Part shown: positions 37,063 through 46,624 of the stretch, one piece after another
How positions within the stretch are numbered: the first letter of the stretch is position 1
Layout of the letters: each line of letters starts with the position of its first letter
Assembly (NCBI GenBank): GCA_964518635.1
Contig: CAZFGK010000001.1
Location: forward strand, 569-64,568
Direction: 5' to 3'
From: an uncultured Ignavibacteriales bacterium
GTDB lineage: Bacteria > Zixibacteria > MSB-5A5 > GN15 > FEB-12
Length of the DNA stretch: 64,000 bases
Notes under the pieces: generated by a model
What the model was told of the DNA's origin: nothing
The model's input: only the letters and a program-made list of their open reading frames with translations
Databases searched by the model: none
Program-made: the position numbers and the translations under genes

Positions 37063-39222
37063 ATGAAACGATTCTTCTCCTCTCTCTGTCTCTCTCTTTC
37101 ATTCTTGATTCTCTCCCCATTCACTCAGGCCCAAACAGTGGTCCCGAATCTCGGCAGCGAATGGATCGGCACACCCCGCTGGATGTGGGGAGTCACCTGG
37201 GGAGAAAATCTTGATCCGATTGGAGGGGAGACATTTTTCCGAAGCATCGGCAAAGGGAGAAATTTCCTCGGAAGTTCAATTCCGAACACGGCGATGCGAC
37301 CGATTGAGATTCGTTTCGACGGAGACAGTTCGAAATGCTCCTTCTTCGTGCAAAACAGCACGTGGCAGTATAACGGAACCGGCATATTCGGCGGCTCCGC
37401 CTGGGATATGACTGATCCTTTCAATCCGGTTAGATTGAATCTCTGCATTGTCGAGTATCCTGTTGTTGGTACCCCAAACAGGAGATGGGATCCGGATGCA
37501 TCAGCCATTGCCCGCCGTGAATATGTACTCGTGATGGGTTCAACTTACGACAGCACCGGTCTTGCTTATGCAGGGAAACAGATCATTCAGGATACACCAA
37601 ATCTTGATATCATGTATGTCTGGTATCCGCGAGTACAGAATCCCTACACCCTCTTCCAGTCTACCGGGACGCTGAAAATTTTCCCGCTTCGGATCGCTGC
37701 CTCTGCAACCCCAGCCACCGAAAGAGTCACACTCAATTGGACATTTCTCGATAATATCAATGATGTTGATCGCTTTCGTATTCATGGCGGGACGACATTT
37801 CCTCCGCCGGTGCTTGATTCTGTCGATAATCTCACCACCAGCTATCTTCACAGCGGATTGCCAAATCATGTGAAGCATTACTACCGCATTGATGCAATCA
37901 AGTCGGATGGCACTATCCTTGCATCTGGTCCTGAACTGGACGCCACCCCCGATTCAATACTTCAGCTGCTCGGTCGCTGGGCAGGACGATCACAGTATGC
38001 CGGAATCTGGGGGTACACCGAAGAGGGAAGCGGCAAAGAGTACGCTCTGATCTGCTCGCAGAATCAGGGAGTTTCGATTGTTGATATTGATGCCAACCCA
38101 CCTGCCGAAGTCGGCTTCATGCCCGGTGGAGCAGATTGCAAAGAAGTAAAAGTTTATAAGCAGTATGCGATCACCTGCAACGAGAGTTCCCCTGCACAGA
38201 TTTATGACATGACCAAAATCTCTGCGCCGAAATTAGTCGCAACTGCCGGAACCGGATCACACACGCACAATGTCTACAAGGACTATCTCATCCTGAATGG
38301 AGGGGATGTTCTCACCGGATTCGATCTGTATTCTTTGCTCGATCCGACAGCCCCGGTGAAAATTGGTCAGTATCGAAATTACTATTTTCATGACACTGGT
38401 ATCAGAAATGATACGCTCGCTGGTGCAGGAATCTACGGTCAAGGTATCGACTTCGTCGATATTTCAGACCCGACTAATCCGCGACAAATAAATCAATTCA
38501 CCTACCCTGCCGCCGGACCACACGGAATCGATTTTTCACCGGATGGGAAGTACATCTATGTGAACAATGAAATCAATGGAGAGCCGTGGGGGAAAATTTT
38601 CGATGTATCAGATCTGAACAATGTCTCAATGGTCTCACAGATGATTGAAGCACCGAATACGGTCTCACATAACGGCTACTACCGAGATGGATTCTATTAT
38701 CTCGCCTATTACACCGAAGGGGTCACCGTCTGGGATGTGCGCGATCCCTACAATCCGATCCGCGTCGCCAAGTACGACACCTACACCGGCGGGAACAGTG
38801 GCTATAGCGGCTGCTGGACCGTCTATCCCTATTTCGCTTCCGAGCGATTGATTGCCTCTGATCGTACCTACGGGCTTTTCGTGCTTCGCTTCAAATCTCC
38901 TTCGACCGATGTTGATGACGAACAAGCAAGTGAAACAACTCCATCAACATTCACCCTACATCAGAATTATCCGAATCCGTTTAATCCGACAACCACACTC
39001 TCGTTTGATCTTGCCAGAGGCGGGGATGTGAAGCTGATCATTTACAACGCCATTGGTCAACGAGTCACCACCCTTGTCGATGAACGACTTCCAGCCGGGA
39101 ACCACAGCCGTCAATGGGATGGAACCAGCAGTGCTGGAAAAGTCGTTGGCACCGGTACCTACTTTGCCGTCATGGAAAGTGGTGGCACGAAATCGACCAA
39201 GAAAATGGTCTTCGTAAAATAG
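37063..39222 (+). CDS. secreted LVIVD-repeat beta-propeller protein with T9SS-type C-terminal sorting domain
   Basis: The signal peptide starts at ATG 37063 (MKRFFSSLCLSLSFLILSPFTQA). LVIVD-like repeats include GVSIVDIDANPP, GIDFVDISDPTNP and GVTVWDVRDPYNP. The C-terminal domain is NYPNPFNPTTTLSF...GTYFAVM...KKMVFVK. Confidence 0.75.
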   Translation: MKRFFSSLCLSLSFLILSPFTQAQTVVPNLGSEWIGTPRWMWGVTWGENLDPIGGETFFRSIGKGRNFLGSSIPNTAMRPIEIRFDGDSSKCSFFVQNSTWQYNGTGIFGGSAWDMTDPFNPVRLNLCIVEYPVVGTPNRRWDPDASAIARREYVLVMGSTYDSTGLAYAGKQIIQDTPNLDIMYVWYPRVQNPYTLFQSTGTLKIFPLRIAASATPATERVTLNWTFLDNINDVDRFRIHGGTTFPPPVLDSVDNLTTSYLHSGLPNHVKHYYRIDAIKSDGTILASGPELDATPDSILQLLGRWAGRSQYAGIWGYTEEGSGKEYALICSQNQGVSIVDIDANPPAEVGFMPGGADCKEVKVYKQYAITCNESSPAQIYDMTKISAPKLVATAGTGSHTHNVYKDYLILNGGDVLTGFDLYSLLDPTAPVKIGQYRNYYFHDTGIRNDTLAGAGIYGQGIDFVDISDPTNPRQINQFTYPAAGPHGIDFSPDGKYIYVNNEINGEPWGKIFDVSDLNNVSMVSQMIEAPNTVSHNGYYRDGFYYLAYYTEGVTVWDVRDPYNPIRVAKYDTYTGGNSGYSGCWTVYPYFASERLIASDRTYGLFVLRFKSPSTDVDDEQASETTPSTFTLHQNYPNPFNPTTTLSFDLARGGDVKLIIYNAIGQRVTTLVDERLPAGNHSRQWDGTSSAGKVVGTGTYFAVMESGGTKSTKKMVFVK

Positions 39223-39238
39223 AGAGAGTAGCTTCGCG

Positions 39239-41443
39239 CTAGCGAGACAAGCGCAGCGCGTTTGACACGACAAAAAGTGATGAGAGTGCCATCAGCACTG
39301 CCGCAATCATCGGCGAGAGCATCCAGCCAGTGAACGGATAGAATAGCCCTGCGGCGAGCGGAATACAGAGCAGATTGTAGATAAAAGCCCAAAACAGATT
39401 CTGTTTGATGATCCCAACTGTTCGCGTGCCAAGACGGAGTGATTCATGTATCAGGCGAAGATCAGGACGAGTGAGCACCACATCTGCACTCGCAATCGCC
39501 ACATCGGCTCCCGAACCCATCGCGATCCCGACATCTGCTCTCGCCAGTGCTGGAGCGTCATTGATTCCATCCCCCACCATCGCAACATCGCCGTATTTGG
39601 TCTTGAAAGATGCAATGGCATCAAGTTTTGTCGACGGGGTCAATCCCCCCTGCGCATCGACAATACCGACACTCTTAGCGAATAGCATCACTCGTTCAGT
39701 TTTGTCACCTGAAAGTAGCGCGACCTGATAGTTCGCTCGAAGAGCGCGAATCTCTGTTTCGCTCTCTGGACGAATGGTGTCATCAAGAGTGATCACTCCC
39801 AACATTCGATTTCCGTGCCCGACCCAGACTTCACTCCCCTTTTCAATTGAATGAGTGAGATGAATTGAGACGTCTGACTCTTCGAGGTGCAGGGCTGAGC
39901 TGACAAATTCACGACTGCCGATTGCCGCTTTTGCATTGTCAATCATCCCGCTTGTGCCGCGCCCACTTGATTGTCGAACCATCACTGGTGGATGAAACTC
40001 GATTGCGCGTCTGGTTGCTTCTGCTGCAATACTTCGCGACAAGGGATGATTACTCGATGCCGACACCGATGCAGCGATGCGCAATAGTTCCGACTCTGCA
40101 ATACCTTGTGACGGAGTGATTGATTGAATTGAAAACAGACCGGTTGTAAGAGTGCCGGTCTTGTCAAAAAGAATCCCACGAACTCGGGCAAGTCGTTCAA
40201 ATACTTCACCTGAACGAACGATCATTCCTCTGCGTGCCGCATGTCCGGAGGCGACGAGAATAGCCGTTGGTGTTGCAAGCCCAAGCGCGCAGGGACAAGC
40301 GACAATCAGGACCGCGATCATCGCTTCGATCCATCCCGGATTTCCCGGAGCAAAGATATTCCACAGCAAACCAGTCAGAAGCGAAATTCCGAATACCACC
40401 GGCACAAAGATTCCGGCGATACGGTCCGCCAGTCTCTGCAAGGGAGCTTTTTCCATCTGAGCACGGCTGACTAAGCGGACGACATCGGCGAGAAAACTCT
40501 CACCTGCATGTTTCGTCACACGATATTGAAAGGCGACGCTCCCATTCATGCTGCCACCGATGACATGATCGCCGAGTTTTTTGTGCACCGGCTGTGATTC
40601 ACCAGTCACCAGTGCTTCATCAATTTCCGGATTCCCTTCCGTTACCACTCCGTCTGCCGGAAGTCGATCTCCCGGTCGGACGATCACGACCATCTCCGGT
40701 TGAATCGCATCCGATTCGAGTTCCAGTTGTACGCCATTCACGAGCACGGTTGCGCTTTTCGGTCTGAGGGCAAGAAGAGCATGCAGCGCGGAACCGGCAG
40801 ATTGTTTGGAGCGGGCTTCGAGGTAATGACCAAATAATACAATCGCAATGATCACACCCGCCGATTCAAAATAGAAATGCTGATGCGCTCCATTCCCTTG
40901 AAACAGAAGCCAGCAACTCCAGCCAAATGCAGCCAACGTTCCTGTTGCAATGAGTGTGTTCATGTTTGCTTCAAAATGTCGCAATCGCAAAAATGCATCG
41001 GAGAGAATCAATCTCCCCGGCCAGATCAAAAGCAATGCAGCAAGAACTGCCTGAAGTATTGGCGAGAGAGTCATTGCAAGGGGAGAATCATGCAGCAGCT
41101 TTTCAAGTTGCGGCACCACCATGGGAAGCATCGCCAGCAGAAAAAGAGGGATCGCCAGTGCGGCGGCGAGTTTGGCGCGATCGTTCGCTTCGTGCAGTTC
41201 CTGAATCTGCTTTTCAAAAAGGGATGGTTCCCCTTTCGCTGCATGATACCCAAGAGCATGTACATGATCGAGAATTGCTGATTCAGAAATTGTAGTATCG
41301 TCAAAGTCGACGGTCGCGGCCCCAAGAACCAAACTTACCTGCGCTCGATGCACTCCCGATTTGGTGAGCAGTCCGTTCTCAATTGAGCTGACACAGGCCG
41401 AGCAGTGCATGCCGGTAATATTCAGATGGAGCGTTTTAGTCAT
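39239..41443 (-). CDS. copA: copper-translocating P1B-type ATPase
   Basis: HMA motif GMHCSAC, TM CPC motif (ACPCALGLATP), phosphorylation site DKTGTLT and hinge GDGINDAP. Confidence 0.9.
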   Translation of the reverse strand: MTKTLHLNITGMHCSACVSSIENGLLTKSGVHRAQVSLVLGAATVDFDDTTISESAILDHVHALGYHAAKGEPSLFEKQIQELHEANDRAKLAAALAIPLFLLAMLPMVVPQLEKLLHDSPLAMTLSPILQAVLAALLLIWPGRLILSDAFLRLRHFEANMNTLIATGTLAAFGWSCWLLFQGNGAHQHFYFESAGVIIAIVLFGHYLEARSKQSAGSALHALLALRPKSATVLVNGVQLELESDAIQPEMVVIVRPGDRLPADGVVTEGNPEIDEALVTGESQPVHKKLGDHVIGGSMNGSVAFQYRVTKHAGESFLADVVRLVSRAQMEKAPLQRLADRIAGIFVPVVFGISLLTGLLWNIFAPGNPGWIEAMIAVLIVACPCALGLATPTAILVASGHAARRGMIVRSGEVFERLARVRGILFDKTGTLTTGLFSIQSITPSQGIAESELLRIAASVSASSNHPLSRSIAAEATRRAIEFHPPVMVRQSSGRGTSGMIDNAKAAIGSREFVSSALHLEESDVSIHLTHSIEKGSEVWVGHGNRMLGVITLDDTIRPESETEIRALRANYQVALLSGDKTERVMLFAKSVGIVDAQGGLTPSTKLDAIASFKTKYGDVAMVGDGINDAPALARADVGIAMGSGADVAIASADVVLTRPDLRLIHESLRLGTRTVGIIKQNLFWAFIYNLLCIPLAAGLFYPFTGWMLSPMIAAVLMALSSLFVVSNALRLSR

Positions 41444-41546
41444 TAGTTCTCAAGATACCGCACTTGAGGGGGAAAAGATCCCATCAAAATTGAATTCAAG
41501 AAGAATCGCTCAAAAGATCGCAGCAAACGAAGACTGAGTCGCGTTA

Positions 41547-42170
41547 TTATTCAAAAAGAGTACGAAGAGCGGCTGGACGATAGGTTCGCCTGAGTTCGCG
41601 TCGTAGTTTCCGGCGCGCCTCCACCAGATGCCATCGTACTGCCGACACCGGTTGCCCACCTTCTTTGGAAAGCTCCTTGACTGAAATTCCGTCCAGCTCA
41701 TGACGTAACAGTAACCGCTGCTGATGCTCCGGCAGATGTGCCGCTGCCTGACGAAGACGAAGCTCTCGCTCATGAGAGATGGTCTGATGCTCAGGATCCT
41801 GCTCGACTGGAGACTCAACGGCGTGGGCATCTTCAAGAGTGAGATGCGCATGCCTCCGTAGCTGCCGCGAGTGATCAATCGCGCAGTTTACGGTCACGCG
41901 ATAGAGCCAGGTTCCGAAACGTCGTGATTCATCAAAAGAATCAAGGGCAGCCACCAGTTTCAAACAGACATGCTGGACGACATCGGAGAGTTCATCTGGG
42001 TCATGGATGATCTTTCGGGCGACATTTCGAATGGTTGAGGTAGAGGACTGGAGAAGTTTATTCAGGGCAAGTTGATCACCTGCCTTTGATGCATGCACAA
42101 GAGAGCGCAAATGGTTCTCAGCTTCGTCGCCGGAGAATCTGCCAACTTTGATCGCGGCTGAATGGGCCAT
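41547..42170 (-). CDS. ECF-type RNA polymerase sigma factor
   Basis: I placed the start at ATG 42170, which removes the overlap with the M23 gene. Region 2 is FGTWLYRVTVNCAIDHSRQ. Region 4 is LPEHQQRLLLRHELDGISVKELSKEGGQPVSAVRWHLVEARRKLR. Confidence 0.8.
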   Translation of the reverse strand: MAHSAAIKVGRFSGDEAENHLRSLVHASKAGDQLALNKLLQSSTSTIRNVARKIIHDPDELSDVVQHVCLKLVAALDSFDESRRFGTWLYRVTVNCAIDHSRQLRRHAHLTLEDAHAVESPVEQDPEHQTISHERELRLRQAAAHLPEHQQRLLLRHELDGISVKELSKEGGQPVSAVRWHLVEARRKLRRELRRTYRPAALRTLFE

Positions 42171-42318
42171 TACAATCCGGTCCCTCTCGCATGTATTCTG
42201 ATGAACTCCGGAAATCGTTCCGGGCTTCAATGTGCTCCATGCACCGACCCCATAAGAAAACCCCCGAGCCGGTTTTTGGCAAGGGGGTGAATTTTGGGGC
42301 AAATTTTTGGGAGAGGTC

Positions 42319-43227
42319 TTACTTCGACGAGGCCAGATATGGTCGGGGATCGACCGACTGACCGTTTTTGTAGACCTCATAGTGCAGATGTGATCCGGTC
42401 GAGCGCCCGGTCGAGCCCATTAAGCCAATCACCTGACCACGAGCGACCACATCTCCGGCCTTAACTTTGAATGCCGAAAGATGGGCGTAACGAGTCACGA
42501 ATCCGTAACCATGATCAATGAGAATCATGTTCCCGAAATCCGGTTCACGATGGGCTTCTTTGACCACTCCGTTTGCAGGAGCGATGATTTTCGTTCCGAC
42601 CGGACCCGCAAGATCAACCCCGCGATGCATCTGACGAGCACCGGTAAATGGGTCGAACTTCATGCCGAACCCACGCGAGAAATAGCCGCGCGCCGGAATC
42701 AGACTAGGGGTATGATCAAGCTGATGCTTGACTGCCATCATCTTGGTTTCAACTTCCATGAATCGCTCCGACTCAAAATCCGCGAGCTTCAATAAGCGAT
42801 CCAGAGTAGCTTCGCTCGTTTCGACATTTTCAGAGGCAGAGCCGAAAATGGATGCAGCCACAATCTGCTGCCCGCCGACCCCCATCAGTCGATCCTCAGT
42901 ATTTACATCTTTCATTTTGAAGATATTACGAAGGGCGATCTCTTTTCGAACAAGATCCTGAAATCGTTCATCAGCGGTGGCAAGTTTGGTGCGAAGGTCT
43001 TCGAACTTCGCACCAAGACGAAGATTCTCTTCTTTGAGCGTCGCAATCTCGATCTGGTCGACCTTAGCGGAAAAATATGATGCCGCAAGATACACCAGCA
43101 GAATGAGAACGACAGAACTGAAAGTGAGTGCAACGTAAGCTCCTATCGATGAGAAGCTTACTGACCGCGAAGGTGAGAGATCATCAGGCAATACTAATAC
43201 GGTAAGGCGTTTTTTCAAAAAGTTCAT
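42319..43227 (-). CDS. M23 (LytM-domain) metallopeptidase with N-terminal TM helix and coiled coil
   Basis: HRGVDLAGPVGTKIIAP and GSTGRSTGSHLHYEV. Confidence 0.85.
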   Translation of the reverse strand: MNFLKKRLTVLVLPDDLSPSRSVSFSSIGAYVALTFSSVVLILLVYLAASYFSAKVDQIEIATLKEENLRLGAKFEDLRTKLATADERFQDLVRKEIALRNIFKMKDVNTEDRLMGVGGQQIVAASIFGSASENVETSEATLDRLLKLADFESERFMEVETKMMAVKHQLDHTPSLIPARGYFSRGFGMKFDPFTGARQMHRGVDLAGPVGTKIIAPANGVVKEAHREPDFGNMILIDHGYGFVTRYAHLSAFKVKAGDVVARGQVIGLMGSTGRSTGSHLHYEVYKNGQSVDPRPYLASSK

Positions 43228-43316
43228 ACTGTCAGTCCACTGGGTTAGGCCGGGAGGACGCCGACATCAAAACTGACCCCATCCCCTCATGGGAGCGGCA
43301 GCTGATAAGATCGGCG

Positions 43317-43345
43317 AACGTAGGGGAGATGTACCCCCCTGTCAA
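43317..43345 (-). promoter_or_regulatory. sigma70-like promoter candidate for the M23 peptidase gene
   Basis: On the minus strand: TTGACA (43345-43340), a 17-nt spacer, then TACGTT (43322-43317). It lies about 90 nt upstream of the ATG at 43227. Confidence 0.35.
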
Positions 43346-43370
43346 GCCCGACGCAAGATTGTTCTGACGG

Positions 43371-43517
43371 CTACTTGACGAGCTGTAGCTCGCGTCGAAG
43401 CACCTTGTTGACGACTTCCACCAGCTTGTTCCCTTCCAGATTCTGGAGTGAGTACAGGTGCCAGGCGGTCTTTCGTGGCATGTTCGTGACTGGTTTCGGC
43501 TTCTGTTCATGTGCCAT
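43371..43517 (-). CDS. possible small protein (48 aa), unknown
   Basis: The ATG at 43517 is preceded by GGAGGA with an 8-nt spacer. The translation is MAHEQKPKPVTNMPRKTAWHLYSLQNLEGNKLVEVVNKVLRRELQLVK. I do not recognise the family. Confidence 0.3.
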   Translation of the reverse strand: MAHEQKPKPVTNMPRKTAWHLYSLQNLEGNKLVEVVNKVLRRELQLVK

Positions 43518-43853
43518 GGCAGTCTTCCTCCAACGCTTGCCCGCAATCGGCAGGGTGACTGTCCACCCTTTGATATCGGGACTATGGGCTTTCATCTACA
43601 GTCTCCGCTACATACTTGCGAATCACTTGCCGAGAAATTTGGGACCATAAAAGGGGTAATGTTGCCAGTTAAAGCATTACTATCAAACAACTTAACATGA
43701 TATTGTCCCGATCTACGGTGTGCGAATGCTTGCACAGCACCTGCTCATCTGCTCAACAGTTGAACAACCGGGACCTGCCAGAACTGCGCAGACCGGAGAG
43801 AATTCCGAACCATTGGTTGACCCTCCCTCGATTATCGAGCTAGATTCAAACCG

Positions 43854-44621
43854 ATGCTAACACCACAACCATTTGTTGTCCTTGTCACTGGTGCCAGTTC
43901 TGGAATCGGGCTTTCTACCGCCAGAAGATTTGCCAAAGAGGGTAATCTGGTGATCGCCGCGGCTCGCCGAACTGAACCGCTTGATGAACTCGCCAAGGAA
44001 TTCCCGGAAAAAGTCAGACCTTTTCAGCTGGATGTTCGCAATCGTGATCAGATCTCGAAGCAGATCGCTGGACTTCCAGATCCCTGGAACAGGATCGATC
44101 TTTTGGTCAATAATGCCGGACTCGGACGAGGGCTCGATAAGCTGCAGCAAGGGAAGGCGGATGACTGGGACGAGATGATCGACACCAACATCAAGGGGCT
44201 TCTCAATGTCACCAGAGCAGTTGTCCCCGGGATGATCGAACGTGGACATGGACATATCATTAATATTGGCTCGATTGCAGGGCATGAAGTCTACCCTGCG
44301 GGAAATGTCTATTGTGCAACGAAACATGCTGTCGATGCCCTCACCAAGGGGTTGCGTTTTGATCTGGTCGATACCCCCCTTCGAGTCTCGACGGTCGATC
44401 CGGGATTAGTTGAGACTGAATTTTCTCAGGTCCGTTTTCGTGGGGATACTGATAGGGCCAAGAAGGTCTATCAGGGGTTTACCCCACTCCGTCCTGATGA
44501 CATCGCTGATGCAGTCTACTGGATCTCGACCAGACCAGCCCATGTCCAGATCGCTGAGATTATTATTCTGCCGACTTCGCAGGCATCGGCGATGGTCACA
44601 CATAAACTTCCCGTCACCTAA
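43854..44621 (+). CDS. short-chain dehydrogenase/reductase (YdfG-like)
   Basis: VTGASSGIG, NNAG and catalytic YCATKHAV. Confidence 0.85.
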   Translation: MLTPQPFVVLVTGASSGIGLSTARRFAKEGNLVIAAARRTEPLDELAKEFPEKVRPFQLDVRNRDQISKQIAGLPDPWNRIDLLVNNAGLGRGLDKLQQGKADDWDEMIDTNIKGLLNVTRAVVPGMIERGHGHIINIGSIAGHEVYPAGNVYCATKHAVDALTKGLRFDLVDTPLRVSTVDPGLVETEFSQVRFRGDTDRAKKVYQGFTPLRPDDIADAVYWISTRPAHVQIAEIIILPTSQASAMVTHKLPVT

Positions 44622-44648
44622 ATTCCTCAATCGGCAGGAGCCGCCTAC

Positions 44649-46598
44649 ATGTCTGTTCTTTCTTCTCGTATTCAGTCACTCGTTGTTTCCCTCTTTATTG
44701 CTGTTCTTGTATTCGCTCAACCATCTCCGACCCAGGTAACGCGCGAACTCGGAACTGATTCATTCGATTCAGCCATGACCACCACAGGTATGCGCGCAAG
44801 TGATATTGGCTTCGATCAACTTGAGATGAACATGTGGCAGGGGGATCAGTGGCGGCTGGATTTTTTCACCCTGCTGCACACCAAGCCCCTCTCCGTTCCG
44901 AGGCACAGCGAACTGATCAAGTCACAGTGCGCAGAAAATCTTTCATCTCCGGTCAGATTTGTGCAGCAAGCGGGTCGTCTGCAGGGGCATCCCGTTCGGC
45001 GTGGTCTGATCGACAATCCAATCGCCAAATATCTCAATCACCCTGACTCCGCTCAAAAAAAGTCATTTGCAAATTCACGCAATTTGCTGATCGGCTCTGA
45101 GCTTCGCACCACTCGTCAGGGAGTCGATCTGTTGATGCGCATGATCGAAGACAAAGAATTCAAACTCAGGCAGGCACTCGATGGCGTGGATAAGAAAAAA
45201 TATCGACGACTCCTCATTGAATATTTTCGCAATCCGGATAAAGACACCAACAACACTGACCGCCTGATTGAAGAGCTGGCTGATACCATCGACTACAATC
45301 TACTCCTTGCCGCAACGCAGGATCTCGTTGTTGCCTGCCAGTATGTTGTGGATTCATTCTTAGGCGGCGAGTTTCCCTCATTCAGAACCGAAATTCAATC
45401 ACGTCAGGGGATGGTCTACGTTGGAACGAACAAGGATGACATCCACGAATTTGTAGAAGCACCGCTGCTTATCATAGACGGTGGCGGAAATGACCGCTAC
45501 GGATTCATCGGGCAGAACTCTGATTTTCCGCTAAGTATCATCATCGACAAGAGCGGCGATGATATCTATCGCTCAATCGACACGACCACTTCCGGAATTG
45601 GCAGCGCAGTCTGTGCGGTATCGATCATCATGGATATGGACGGCAACGATCGCTACGAAGGAAAAGATCTCTGTCAGGGGGCTGCGATTTTTGGTGCTTC
45701 TCTCTTATATGATCGCCGTGGAGATGATGTCTATCGTGCAGAAATGCTGGCACAGGGAGCAGGACTCTTTGGCGTTGGACTGCTCATTGATAGTGCTGGC
45801 AATGATTCCCTCTACTCACACCAGCAATCGCAGGGTTTCGGATATACTCAAGGGGTCGGGATGCTTGTCAATGGCAGCGGGAACGATACCTACATTGCCG
45901 AAGATTCAATCCCTCTCGAACGCTCTAGCCAATCCAAAGATCACAATGTCACCATGGCACAAGGAGCTGGATACGGGCGACGTGCTGACTACATCGACGG
46001 TCACAGCTGGGCAGGTGGAGTCGGAATCCTTGCTGATCTGAGCGGAGATGATTCCTACTCCTGCGGCGTATTCGGACAAGGGGTTGGATATTGGTATGCA
46101 GTCGGGATGCTCTTAGATGCACAAGGTGCGGATCACTACAAAGGTGTCTGGTATGTACAAGGGGCAGCCGCACACTTTGCGGTCGGTGTGCTCAATGATG
46201 CTGGCGGAAATGACACCTACGACGCTTCGATGAATATGGCACACGGAGCCGGACATGATTTCAGTCTTGGCTGGTTGATCGAATGGCAGGGGGATGACAC
46301 CTATCGCTCCCCCAATCTCTCTCTCGGTTCCGGTAACGACAATGGAATCGGTATCTGCTGGGAGTTCGGCGGAAATGATTCCTATACGAGTGTGACTGAT
46401 GTCTCTCTCGGCGCAAGCCGTGGTGCGTCAAGCGGACTTCGCTCAACCCTGACAACGATGGGGATATTCATCGATGAAGCCGGAACTGACCAATACAGCG
46501 GCAAGACTCCGGCGAAAAACAGTTGGCTGTGGAACAGCTTTGCAGTCAAGACCTGGCCGCCCAGCCGATTAATCGGTGTTGGACTCGATAAAGAGTAA
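44649..46598 (+). CDS. secreted protein with about 12 G-x-D-x-Y repeat units (unassigned solenoid-like repeat)
   Basis: It has a signal peptide (LVVSLFIAVLVFAQP). The C-terminal 370 aa carry GGGNDRY, SGDDIY, DGNDRY, RGDDVY, AGNDSLY, SGNDTY, SGDDSY, QGADHY, GGNDTY, QGDDTY, GGNDSY and AGTDQY. These alternate with QGAG/QGVG segments. Confidence 0.65.
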   Translation: MSVLSSRIQSLVVSLFIAVLVFAQPSPTQVTRELGTDSFDSAMTTTGMRASDIGFDQLEMNMWQGDQWRLDFFTLLHTKPLSVPRHSELIKSQCAENLSSPVRFVQQAGRLQGHPVRRGLIDNPIAKYLNHPDSAQKKSFANSRNLLIGSELRTTRQGVDLLMRMIEDKEFKLRQALDGVDKKKYRRLLIEYFRNPDKDTNNTDRLIEELADTIDYNLLLAATQDLVVACQYVVDSFLGGEFPSFRTEIQSRQGMVYVGTNKDDIHEFVEAPLLIIDGGGNDRYGFIGQNSDFPLSIIIDKSGDDIYRSIDTTTSGIGSAVCAVSIIMDMDGNDRYEGKDLCQGAAIFGASLLYDRRGDDVYRAEMLAQGAGLFGVGLLIDSAGNDSLYSHQQSQGFGYTQGVGMLVNGSGNDTYIAEDSIPLERSSQSKDHNVTMAQGAGYGRRADYIDGHSWAGGVGILADLSGDDSYSCGVFGQGVGYWYAVGMLLDAQGADHYKGVWYVQGAAAHFAVGVLNDAGGNDTYDASMNMAHGAGHDFSLGWLIEWQGDDTYRSPNLSLGSGNDNGIGICWEFGGNDSYTSVTDVSLGASRGASSGLRSTLTTMGIFIDEAGTDQYSGKTPAKNSWLWNSFAVKTWPPSRLIGVGLDKE

Positions 46599-46624
46599 AA
46601 CAGCTTCAAGGGACTTCCAGACGT

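Noticed and set aside
42171-42380. N-terminal extensions in the ORF track: sigma factor 42171-42380, LpoA-like 33373-33489, HTH protein 47499-47723, LVIVD protein 37015-37062, flavodoxin-like 3764-3778
   Set aside because: The extensions overlap the neighbouring gene or precede a clear signal peptide or SD-led internal start. The internal starts give canonical spacing or ATGA coupling.
43228-43345. c-di-AMP (ydaO-type) riboswitch upstream of the M23 peptidase
   Set aside because: The leader is shorter than that class. By eye I could not find the paired, pseudo-symmetric conserved segments, only vague GGGG/ACCCA resemblance. I kept it as a generic structured leader.
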